A stretch of 64,000 bases of DNA from Alphaproteobacteria bacterium (lineage in GTDB: Bacteria; Pseudomonadota; Alphaproteobacteria; UBA9219): contig JAGWIK010000010.1 in NCBI GenBank assembly GCA_028866275.1, positions 7,852 through 71,851 of the forward strand. Reading direction: 5' to 3'. Made by a program: the position numbers and the translations under genes. Shown here in pieces: positions 9,535 through 17,810 of the stretch. Under the pieces are notes generated by a model. That model had not been told where the DNA came from. It searched no databases and worked only from the letters and a program-made list of their open reading frames with translations. Numbering within the stretch: position 1 is the first letter of the stretch; the number at the start of each line of letters is the position of its first letter.

Positions 9535-11628
9535 ATGACCGACCAGACCTCAGCCACCGCCGAAACCACCGACCCTTTCGGCAATCTGTTCAAGCGCGGC
9601 GAAGTCTGGCTGGGCATCGGCCTGCTTGCCATTCTGACGGCGCTTATCATTCCGCTGCCGCCGTTTCTTATCGATATCGGCCTGTCCATTTCAATCACCT
9701 TCTCCGTGCTGATATTGATGACGGTGCTGTTCATCAGCAAACCGCTGGATTTCAGCTCGTTCCCGACCGTTCTGTTGATCGCGACCCTGATCCGTCTGTC
9801 GCTTAATCTCGGCACCACCCGCCTCGTGCTGACCCACGGCAATGACGGCACCGACGCGGCGGGCCATGTCGTGCAATCCTTCGCCAATCTGGTCATGGGC
9901 GGCGATTTCATCATCGGCGTCATCGTGTTCGGCATCCTGACGCTGGTCAATTTCGTCGTCATCACCAAAGGGTCGGGCCGCATCGCCGAAGTCGCGGCGC
10001 GTTTTACCCTGGACGGCATGCCCGGCAAACAAATGGCGATCGACGCCGATTTATCCTCCGGCCTTATCAACGAAGAACAAGCGCGCAAACGCCGCAAGGA
10101 TCTGGAAGACGAAAGCAATTTTTTCGGATCGATGGACGGTGCGGCAAAATTTGTGCGCGGCGATGCCGTCGCGGGCTTGACCATCACATTCATCAACGGC
10201 ATCGGCGGCATCGTCATCGGTACATTCCGCCACGGCATGCCAATTTTACAGGCGGCGGATACCTATGTCCGGCTGACGGTCGGCGACGGGCTTGTGACCC
10301 AGATTCCGGCTCTTCTGGTTTCGGTCGGGGCGGGTTTGCTGGTCACCAAAACAAATGTCAGCGGTTCGACCGACAAGGCATTGTTTAAACAGCTTAGCGG
10401 CTATCCCATGGCTCTGGGGATGAGCTCGGCGATGCTGTGCACGCTCGCGCTTCTGCCGGGCATGCCGTTCATTCCCTTTGCCATTTTGGGTGGCGTCTCG
10501 GGTTTTGCGGCCTATTCAATGAGCCGCAAAAACAACGAAGCCAAAATGGAACAGGCTAAAACAGACGCCAAGGGCAAACCGGCGGCTGTGGCCGAAGAAC
10601 CCATCGCCAAAGCTTTGTCGATCGATATGATCCGCCTCGAACTCGGTTATGCGCTGCTCAGCCTCATCAACAGCGAAGCGGGCCAACGTCTGACCGACCA
10701 GATCAAGCATTTACGCAAACAGCTGGCGGGCGATATGGGTTTCATCATGCCCGCGGTTCGCATTCAGGATAATCTGCAATTGCCACCCAACGCCTATGTG
10801 TTGCGCATCAAGGAAATCGAAGCCGGCCGCGGCGAATTACGTCCCGGCATGTTGCTGGTCATGGATCCGCGCGGCCAGCAAATCACCCTGCCCGGCGAAG
10901 CGACGCAGGAACCGACTTTTGGCCTCGCCGCGACTTGGATAGACCCAACCTATCGCGAAGAAGCCCTGTTCAAAGGCTATACCGTCGTCGACCCGCCGAC
11001 CGTGGTGACGACCCATTTGACCGAACTGGTCAAGGACAACATGGCCGAATTGCTGTCCTATGCCGAAACGCAAAAATTGCTGGACGAATTAAGCAAGGAA
11101 CAACAAAAACTCGTCGCCGACGTCATCCCGACGCAAATCACGATCAGCGGCCTGCAAAGGGTTCTGCAAAATCTTCTGGCCGAACGCATTTCGGTGCGCG
11201 ACCTGCCCACCATTCTGGAAGGCATTTCCGAAGCCACGGCGGTTACGCGCAACCTGTCGGCCATTTCCGAACATGTGCGCACGCGCCTGTCGCGCCAGAT
11301 ATCGGATTCCAATACCAATGAAATGGGTTATATCCCCATGGTGACCTTGTCTCCGGAATGGGAACTGGCGTTCGCGGAATCCATCATCGGCGACGGCGAC
11401 GCCAAGCATCTGGCGATGCCGCCGACGCGGCTGCAACAATTCATCGCCTCCATCCGCCAGACCTATGACCGGCTGGCGCAAATGGGAGAATCCCCCGTTC
11501 TTTTGACCAGCCCTGCCATTCGCAGCTATGTTCGGTCGGTGGTCGAACGGTTCCGGCCTTCAACCACGGTTTTGTCGCAAAATGAAATTCATCCGAAAGC
11601 CAAGATCAAGACTTTGGGGCAGATATAA
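9535..11628 (+). CDS. flhA: Flagellar export apparatus protein FlhA
   Basis: 697 aa, FHIPEP family (RIAEVAARFTLDGMPGKQMAIDADL, FVRGDAVAG). Confidence 0.96.
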   Translation: MTDQTSATAETTDPFGNLFKRGEVWLGIGLLAILTALIIPLPPFLIDIGLSISITFSVLILMTVLFISKPLDFSSFPTVLLIATLIRLSLNLGTTRLVLTHGNDGTDAAGHVVQSFANLVMGGDFIIGVIVFGILTLVNFVVITKGSGRIAEVAARFTLDGMPGKQMAIDADLSSGLINEEQARKRRKDLEDESNFFGSMDGAAKFVRGDAVAGLTITFINGIGGIVIGTFRHGMPILQAADTYVRLTVGDGLVTQIPALLVSVGAGLLVTKTNVSGSTDKALFKQLSGYPMALGMSSAMLCTLALLPGMPFIPFAILGGVSGFAAYSMSRKNNEAKMEQAKTDAKGKPAAVAEEPIAKALSIDMIRLELGYALLSLINSEAGQRLTDQIKHLRKQLAGDMGFIMPAVRIQDNLQLPPNAYVLRIKEIEAGRGELRPGMLLVMDPRGQQITLPGEATQEPTFGLAATWIDPTYREEALFKGYTVVDPPTVVTTHLTELVKDNMAELLSYAETQKLLDELSKEQQKLVADVIPTQITISGLQRVLQNLLAERISVRDLPTILEGISEATAVTRNLSAISEHVRTRLSRQISDSNTNEMGYIPMVTLSPEWELAFAESIIGDGDAKHLAMPPTRLQQFIASIRQTYDRLAQMGESPVLLTSPAIRSYVRSVVERFRPSTTVLSQNEIHPKAKIKTLGQI

Positions 11629-12615
11629 ATGAGGCTTAAATCCTTTCACGGCGCAACGCTCAGCGAGGCCATGCGGTTGGTGCGCGAGGCTTTGGGCGAC
11701 AACGCCATCATCGTGGCGACGCGCGATGACGATAATGGCGGCGTCCGCGTCACCGCCGCCATTGACGAAGCGCCGGCGCGCGGCCCCGATCTGTCTTCGG
11801 CCGCACAGGCACATCAGCAAGGCTCCAGTGCGCTTGAAACAATCGCCGATGCGCTCACACGGCATCAGGTCGTCCCGACGATCGCGGAAAAATTGATGGC
11901 GACCGCCACGCAGTTTGCCAGCGACGATCCGCTGCTGGCCCTTGGCGCGGCGTTCGACACGCATCTGAAGTTTGACAATCTTCCCGAAGACAAACCCGTG
12001 ATGCTTGTCGGCCCGCCGGGCGTCGGTAAAACTCTGTGCACGGCCAAATATGCGACCAAGGCAACGCTGGCCAAACATATGCCGACGGTTATCAGCACCG
12101 ACCTTGAACGCGCGGGCGGCATGGAACAACTGGCCGCATTCACGCGCTTGCTGAAACTCAATATGGTCGAAATCGAAGATTGCCACGCCCTGCGTGACAT
12201 CATCGGCATTCAAAAAGGCGGGCCTGTTTATATTGACACGGCCGGTTGCAATCCATTCGATGCTTTCGACAAACAAAGAATGCGCGATTTTATCGCCGCC
12301 GTCGGCGACGCGACGCTGGTGCTTCCCGCGGGACTGGACGCCGCCGACGCGGTCGAAGTCGCGCAGGAATTTCGCGCGCTGGGGGCGTCGCGCCTTCTGG
12401 TAACGCGGCTTGATACCGTCAAGCGGCTGGGCAGCCTGTTACGTCTGGCCTATGACTCGCATATGCCTTTGGCCGCGTACAGCGCGTCGTATAAAGTAAC
12501 CGATGCCGTCCTGCCCCTCAACGCCATCGCGCTGGCACGGCTTGTGCTTAAAATACCGGGCGCGGCGATGGAAGAAAAAGACGCGCCGAAATCAGCCTAT
12601 GGAGGTGTCGCATGA
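11629..12615 (+). CDS. flhF: Flagellar biosynthesis SRP-type GTPase FlhF (short form)
   Basis: 328 aa. G1 GPPGVGKT, G3 DTAG, G4 TRLD. Start abuts the flhA stop (TAAATG). Confidence 0.85.
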   Translation: MRLKSFHGATLSEAMRLVREALGDNAIIVATRDDDNGGVRVTAAIDEAPARGPDLSSAAQAHQQGSSALETIADALTRHQVVPTIAEKLMATATQFASDDPLLALGAAFDTHLKFDNLPEDKPVMLVGPPGVGKTLCTAKYATKATLAKHMPTVISTDLERAGGMEQLAAFTRLLKLNMVEIEDCHALRDIIGIQKGGPVYIDTAGCNPFDAFDKQRMRDFIAAVGDATLVLPAGLDAADAVEVAQEFRALGASRLLVTRLDTVKRLGSLLRLAYDSHMPLAAYSASYKVTDAVLPLNAIALARLVLKIPGAAMEEKDAPKSAYGGVA

Positions 12616-13421
12616 CCGACCCTATTCCCCTGAAAACAGACAAGACGATAGCCCCGTCTGCGGCCCTGCGCTGCCCCAATATGGTCGCGGTGGCCAGCGG
12701 CAAAGGCGGCGTCGGCAAAACATGGTTTTCCATTACCCTGTGCCATGCCTTGGCCAAGCGCGGGAAAAAGACATTGCTGTTCGACGGCGATTTGGGATTG
12801 GCTAATGTCGATATTCAATTGGGACTGACGCCCGACAAAGATCTGGGCGCGGTTGTCGAAGGCGCGTCGACGCTGGCTTCCGCCGTGACGCGTTTCGAAG
12901 ATAACGGCAACAATGGCGGCTTCGATATTCTGGCCGGACGGTCGGGATCGGGCAGCCTTGCCACGCTGGCTTCGCAAAAACTGTCGGAAATGCGTCATGA
13001 CCTGATCGCGCTGGCGCGCGGATATGACGTCGTCGTGGTCGATCTGGGCGCGGGCGTCGAACGTCCCGTGCGCCAAATGGCCGGGCCTGCGGCGTTCACC
13101 TATGTCGTCCTGACAGACGAACCGACATCGCTGACCGACGCCTATGCCTTTATCAAGCTGGGCCGCGCCGCCAATCCCGATGCCGATATGCGGGTCGTCG
13201 TCAACATGGCCGCCACAACCCTTGAAGGACAAAAAACCTATGAAACCATCCGCAAGGCCTGCGGCACGTTTCTGAATTACGAACCTGCGCTGGCAGGCAT
13301 CATCCGCCGCGACGCCAAGGTGCGCGATGCCATTCGCGCCCAGATCCCGCTGTTAACCCGTTCGCCGCAAAGCGAAGCTGCCACGGACGTCGAAGCCATA
13401 GCGGCAAAACTGGCTTTCTAA
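12612..13421 (+). CDS. flhG: MinD/ParA-type ATPase FlhG (FleN/MotR-like) flagellar number regulator
   Basis: Deviant Walker A VASGKGGVGKT. ATGA overlap with flhF. Gene order flhA-flhF-flhG. Confidence 0.85.
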   Translation: MTDPIPLKTDKTIAPSAALRCPNMVAVASGKGGVGKTWFSITLCHALAKRGKKTLLFDGDLGLANVDIQLGLTPDKDLGAVVEGASTLASAVTRFEDNGNNGGFDILAGRSGSGSLATLASQKLSEMRHDLIALARGYDVVVVDLGAGVERPVRQMAGPAAFTYVVLTDEPTSLTDAYAFIKLGRAANPDADMRVVVNMAATTLEGQKTYETIRKACGTFLNYEPALAGIIRRDAKVRDAIRAQIPLLTRSPQSEAATDVEAIAAKLAF

Positions 13422-13440
13422 CAAAAAGGGATCAGCGGAT

Positions 13441-15264
13441 ATGGCCGATATCTCATCGACATCCGCTTCGGCCCCCGCAGCCGCGCCGACAAGCGCGGCA
13501 GGCAATCTGACCGCTGTGCAGGCCGCGGTGACCGCATCTCCCGCATCGCTGCAGGATTTGACGCGCAGCATCCAGACCAACGCCACCGTCACGGCGGCAA
13601 CAATATCGGCCACGGGTTCGCTGAACCTGACCTTGTCGACAGCTTTGGGCGACATCGCCGTTTCCCTGCCGCAAATCGGCGAAGCCTTGCAACAACAGCT
13701 GCTTCAACAGCTTTTGACTTTGGTGCAAACCTCTAAAACGGTGACGGTGACAATCCAACCGAACGCGTCGCCCGGTTCGCCGCCGTCGCAAGCCGTCATT
13801 CTTCTGCCCTCGTCGCCGCAAACAGCCAATGCCGTATCTTTGCCAGCATCTTCACCCGCAGCCACAACAACAACGCCCCAGCCTACGGCCGCCACAACTG
13901 TTGCTATCCTTCCGGTTGCCGCCAAAGGCGATGTTCTGACGGCCATTGTTTTGCCCACAACGCCGGCCTCGCCGACAATATCGTTGCCTTCAATTCTTCC
14001 CGCACAATTGCCCAAACAATGGCCCGAAGAACAAGCAGCCCCCATTCCCGCCCCGGCGGGCGCGCCACCGGCAACGACCACAGATATATCGTCGACTTCC
14101 CCTCCCTATAATCGCCTGCTCGCGCAACCGGAAAATGGCGCGCCGGTTGCGCCTGCCGCCCGGCCGCTTGCAACACCCGACAATATAACCGAAGCCGCCA
14201 CGGCAACAATTGAAACGCCGCCCTCTCTTTCGACGACGCCGCCCGCAGGGCAGATTTCGGAAAATACCGCCGTCACACCCATTCCATCCGCAACTCAAAA
14301 TCTCGCGGCATTGCTGCGCCCCGGCAACGAAATTGCGATGCGTATTGAATCTTTTACCCCATCGCTGGCGGGCGAAAGCCCGACGACGCTTCCGCCCTAT
14401 TTGCCCGCAGGGAATGGCGCCCCAAATCAAATCATGGCGACGGTTACCGGCCACACGCCGGAAGGCAAAATGATTTTGCAGACAGGCGATACGACCCTGT
14501 TCGTCAAAACGCCTTTGGCCGCCCCCGTGGGATCGTCCCTGCTTTTGACCGCCGAACTTGCCAAGCCGGATATGCCCGTCACCCTGCCCTTGCCCGCCGC
14601 GCCGCAAACGGCCGGCCTTCCCGCGCTGGCGCAAGCGGTTGCGGCTTTGGCGCAAATCGACCCCACATTGGCGCAGCAGATGATCGCGGCATATACGCCG
14701 CAACCGACAGCGGCTTCTCTCCCCGGCGCGTTGCTGCTTTTGTTCGGTGCATTCAAAAACGGCGACGCGCGCGCATTGCTGGGCAACGACGCAACGGACA
14801 CGCTGCTGCAAAACGGCAAAGGCGATATCGTCGCGGCGCTGTCGCGCGACCTGTCGAACGCCGGACAGCCTGCACAGGACCAAATAGTGGGCGATTGGCG
14901 CGCCTACCCTGTCCCGCTATATGCGCAACAGCAATTCCAGGCTTTGACGCTTTACGTTCATCATGATCGTGAAGCGCGGCGCGAGAATAACGGCTTGGCC
15001 GCAAGCAAAAAAACCCGATTTATCATCGATATGAAGCTCAGCAAATTGGGGGCCATGCAAATTGACGGCTTCACCCAGCACAAGCGCGTCGATTTAATCT
15101 TGCGCAGCGAAGCCGTTCTGCCTTCCGGCCTGCACGACTCGCTGCGGACAGCTTATTTCAATGCCATGGATGCAGTCGGCTATACCGGGGTTCTGTCGTT
15201 TCAGGTCGGCAGCCAGAACTGGGTGCGGATGCGGGGAAGCGCGCGCGGGGGAATTGTGACCTGA
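13441..15264 (+). CDS. fliK: Pro/Ala/Thr-rich protein with FliK-like C-terminal domain (probable flagellar hook-length control protein)
   Basis: 607 aa. Long low-complexity P/A/T region, then a C-terminal segment RFIIDMKLSKLGAMQIDGFTQHKRVDLILRSEAVLPSGLHDSLRTAYFNAMDAVGYTGVLSFQVG that follows the Flg_hook pattern. Last gene of the flagellar operon. Confidence 0.55.
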   Translation: MADISSTSASAPAAAPTSAAGNLTAVQAAVTASPASLQDLTRSIQTNATVTAATISATGSLNLTLSTALGDIAVSLPQIGEALQQQLLQQLLTLVQTSKTVTVTIQPNASPGSPPSQAVILLPSSPQTANAVSLPASSPAATTTTPQPTAATTVAILPVAAKGDVLTAIVLPTTPASPTISLPSILPAQLPKQWPEEQAAPIPAPAGAPPATTTDISSTSPPYNRLLAQPENGAPVAPAARPLATPDNITEAATATIETPPSLSTTPPAGQISENTAVTPIPSATQNLAALLRPGNEIAMRIESFTPSLAGESPTTLPPYLPAGNGAPNQIMATVTGHTPEGKMILQTGDTTLFVKTPLAAPVGSSLLLTAELAKPDMPVTLPLPAAPQTAGLPALAQAVAALAQIDPTLAQQMIAAYTPQPTAASLPGALLLLFGAFKNGDARALLGNDATDTLLQNGKGDIVAALSRDLSNAGQPAQDQIVGDWRAYPVPLYAQQQFQALTLYVHHDREARRENNGLAASKKTRFIIDMKLSKLGAMQIDGFTQHKRVDLILRSEAVLPSGLHDSLRTAYFNAMDAVGYTGVLSFQVGSQNWVRMRGSARGGIVT

Positions 15265-15268
15265 CGAT

Positions 15269-15859
15269 CTATTGGGCCTTGCCATAACCGGGCAAAACCG
15301 TGATGGTTTTCAGCACATCCAGATGTTTTTCAAATATCGTGGCCGCATCGGGATGAATATTGGACGCCTGTAAATGCGCGATCATTTTTTGCGCCTGTTC
15401 CAGCTCCATCCGCAAATAGTCACACACTTCATGCATGTCTTCCATGCCGAAGTAGCGCTGCAGATGAAGCCGCACGCGGAGATCAAGCTCTTCCTGATCT
15501 ACCGGCTTGTGAAGAAAATCGTCGGCTCCTGTCGACAAAGCGCGCAGCTTGAATTCGCGTTCTTCGGCCGCCGTCTGCACGATAATCGGCATGCGCGGCA
15601 ACGACCCGTCGGCACGCACCTGTTCGCAATAGGCGAACCCGTCCATGCCGGGCATAACGAGGTCAAGGATAACAAGGTCTGGAATGGCGTTTCGGGTTTT
15701 ATCAAGAGCCTCCATACCATCCCTGGCCGTATCGACGCGGGAAAAGCCCTTCTTGATCAACGAATTTTCGATCAACCGGAGGCTTAACTCGGAATCATCC
15801 ACAACCAGAATACGGGCCTGGGATAACCGAAAAGGCAAAGAAGGCAACATCATAGGCAA
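15269..15859 (-). CDS. CheY-like response regulator with about 70-aa C-terminal helical extension
   Basis: ILVVDDSELSLRL...DLVILDLVMPGMDG...PIIVQTA...GADDFLHKP gives a complete receiver (DD, D, T, K). No recognisable output domain. Confidence 0.85.
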   Translation of the reverse strand: MPMMLPSLPFRLSQARILVVDDSELSLRLIENSLIKKGFSRVDTARDGMEALDKTRNAIPDLVILDLVMPGMDGFAYCEQVRADGSLPRMPIIVQTAAEEREFKLRALSTGADDFLHKPVDQEELDLRVRLHLQRYFGMEDMHEVCDYLRMELEQAQKMIAHLQASNIHPDAATIFEKHLDVLKTITVLPGYGKAQ

Positions 15860-15908
15860 TCCCCCGATTGATACACACCACGCGGATTATAAACTTACCG
15901 CGGGTTGA

Positions 15909-15923
15909 TTAATTTAAGCTTAA
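15909..15923. promoter_or_regulatory. TTAA-N7-TTAA motif (CtrA-box-like) inside palindrome TTAAGCTTAA, 50-65 nt upstream of the response-regulator start
   Basis: Read directly: gaTTAAtttaagcTTAAt. Matches the core of the alphaproteobacterial CtrA box on both strands. Function is inferred only. Confidence 0.3.
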
Positions 15924-15951
15924 TTCCCGTATTAGGAACATCGCGAAGATA

Positions 15952-16380
15952 TTATCCCCCGTCTTTACGCCGTTCATGCATGACGCCGCCAATTTCGTCG
16001 AGTTCGATATTTTCCCGACGCAACGCTTCGCGCGCTTCGTCGTCAATTCGTTGTTTTTCGGCAATTTCATAACGCTTCTGTTCTTCGAACAGGGCGGCCA
16101 GCCTGTCCTGCGCCACCGCGACCGCGTCCGCTGCGGTACGCCTCATCTCTTCAAGTTCGCGCCCCTGCGCCACGGCGCGCCTGACGAATTCGCCATATGT
16201 GTGACTGGCAGCCGGATCGCGCGCGGCTTCCTGCTCGCGGGCCTTGGCAATTTCCAATTGCGCGATATCGCGTTCGATTTTCTCCAGCCTGTCCTGCAGC
16301 TGCGCCACATGACGGCGTTGCTCGTCGACATAGGATTTTTGCAGCTTGATTAGCGTCGCCAGACTCTTTTTTACGGCCAT
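15952..16380 (-). CDS. fliJ: Flagellar export chaperone FliJ
   Basis: 142 aa, coiled-coil, Arg/Glu/Gln-rich. 10-nt overlap with the fliI stop; canonical fliI-fliJ order. Confidence 0.75.
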   Translation of the reverse strand: MAVKKSLATLIKLQKSYVDEQRRHVAQLQDRLEKIERDIAQLEIAKAREQEAARDPAASHTYGEFVRRAVAQGRELEEMRRTAADAVAVAQDRLAALFEEQKRYEIAEKQRIDDEAREALRRENIELDEIGGVMHERRKDGG

Positions 16381-17705
16381 GCCACGCCTAATATTTTGGC
16401 CAGCCGCGCATAGGTTTCGGCAAGATCCGTCCGTTCATCCTTGTTCTGGCGCAAGAATTCTTCAACAGGGCCATAATAGTCCACGGCTTCGTCGACTTCG
16501 GCATTGCTGCCTTTGCGGTAGGCGCCGAGCCGTATCATCTCGGCCATATTTTCATATGCCGCCAGATAACGCCGCGCCCGGCCGACCAAGGCATTTTCGG
16601 CGTCATTGTTACAGCCGGGCATGGTGCGCGAAATGCTGCGCAAAATGTTGACGGCGGGAAACCGCCCGCGCTCGGCAATGGCGCGATCCAGCACGATATG
16701 CCCGTCAAGAATGCCGCGCGCCGCGTCGGCAATCGGTTCATTATGGTCGTCGCCGTCGACAAGAACGGTGAACAGGCCGGTAATGCTGCCCCTGCCCGCT
16801 TCGCCAGGCCCAGCGCGTTCCAAAAGCTTGGGCAATTCGGAAAACACGGTGGGCGGATAGCCTTTGGTCGTCGGCGGTTCGCCCGCGGCCAACCCGATTT
16901 CACGCTGCGCCATGGCAAAGCGCGTGACGCTGTCCATCAGGCATAAAACCTTTTCGCCCCGATCGCGGAAATATTCGGCGATCGCCAACGTCATATGCGC
17001 GGCCTGCCGGCGCATCAATGGCGCTTCGTCCGATGTGGCGACGACCACGACGCTGCGCGCCAGCCCGTCTTCCCCCAGATCGTCATGAATGAATTCCTGC
17101 ACTTCGCGGCCGCGTTCGCCGATCAGCCCGATAACGGAAACATCGGCGGACGTATAACGCGCCGCCATCGACATCAGCACCGATTTGCCGACGCCCGAAC
17201 CGGCGAAAATGCCCATGCGCTGGCCTTGGCATAACGTCGTGAAAGCGTTAAGCGCGCGCACGCCAAGATCGAGCTTGTCCCCCACCCTTTGCCGCGCATG
17301 CGCGGGCGGCGGCGGACGGCGCACCGGCTGCAACATGTCGCCGATAGGCAAAGGCCCCTTGCCATCGACAGGTTCGCCCAGCGCGTTGATCACGCGCCCC
17401 AACCACCCTTGAGTCGGGGCGATCGACGGTTGCGCATCCGACAATTCGACGCGACAGCCAAGGCCGACGCCCTCCAGCGGCGCAAAGGGCAGCAACAAAC
17501 CCTTGCCGTCACGGAAACCGACGGTTTCGCATAAAACATGGCGATCGCCGCGCGCGACAACATGGCAACGCCCGCCAACGGCCAGATGGCCTTCGATACC
17601 GGCGACTTCGATCAGCAAACCCTGAACGCCCACCACGCGGCCGAAAATCTTCAGCGCGGGAATGGCATCAATGCGGCCGGCGAGGGTGGATATGTCGGAA
17701 TTCAT
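16371..17705 (-). CDS. fliI: Flagellum-specific ATPase FliI
   Basis: 444 aa. Walker [12 protein letters not shown], Walker [11 protein letters not shown]1/T3SS ATPase architecture. Confidence 0.96.
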   Translation of the reverse strand: MNSDISTLAGRIDAIPALKIFGRVVGVQGLLIEVAGIEGHLAVGGRCHVVARGDRHVLCETVGFRDGKGLLLPFAPLEGVGLGCRVELSDAQPSIAPTQGWLGRVINALGEPVDGKGPLPIGDMLQPVRRPPPPAHARQRVGDKLDLGVRALNAFTTLCQGQRMGIFAGSGVGKSVLMSMAARYTSADVSVIGLIGERGREVQEFIHDDLGEDGLARSVVVVATSDEAPLMRRQAAHMTLAIAEYFRDRGEKVLCLMDSVTRFAMAQREIGLAAGEPPTTKGYPPTVFSELPKLLERAGPGEAGRGSITGLFTVLVDGDDHNEPIADAARGILDGHIVLDRAIAERGRFPAVNILRSISRTMPGCNNDAENALVGRARRYLAAYENMAEMIRLGAYRKGSNAEVDEAVDYYGPVEEFLRQNKDERTDLAETYARLAKILGVAWP

Positions 17706-17810
17706 GCCTCCATTGTGCCCGTGCGGCGGTTTTTTTTCCAGCCCGTATTAACCCTTTGCCCCGGAAAAGGCTTTTGCTATCCTCCACCCTTCGTTTTCCA
17801 AGGCTGTTCT

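Noticed and set aside
13441-15264. Repetitive DNA in the fliK-like gene and in the Asr-like gene (54411-54650), considered as possible CRISPR or tandem-repeat arrays.
   Set aside because: The repetition is irregular Ala/Pro/Thr codon low complexity inside open reading frames. There are no constant-length repeats separated by unique spacers.
17538-17810. The ORF-track start of the 728-aa version of the hypothetical gene.
   Set aside because: The first 91 codons overlap the 5' end of fliI on the other strand and read as low-quality sequence. The ATG at 17811 follows the 105-bp intergenic gap and begins the coding-like part.
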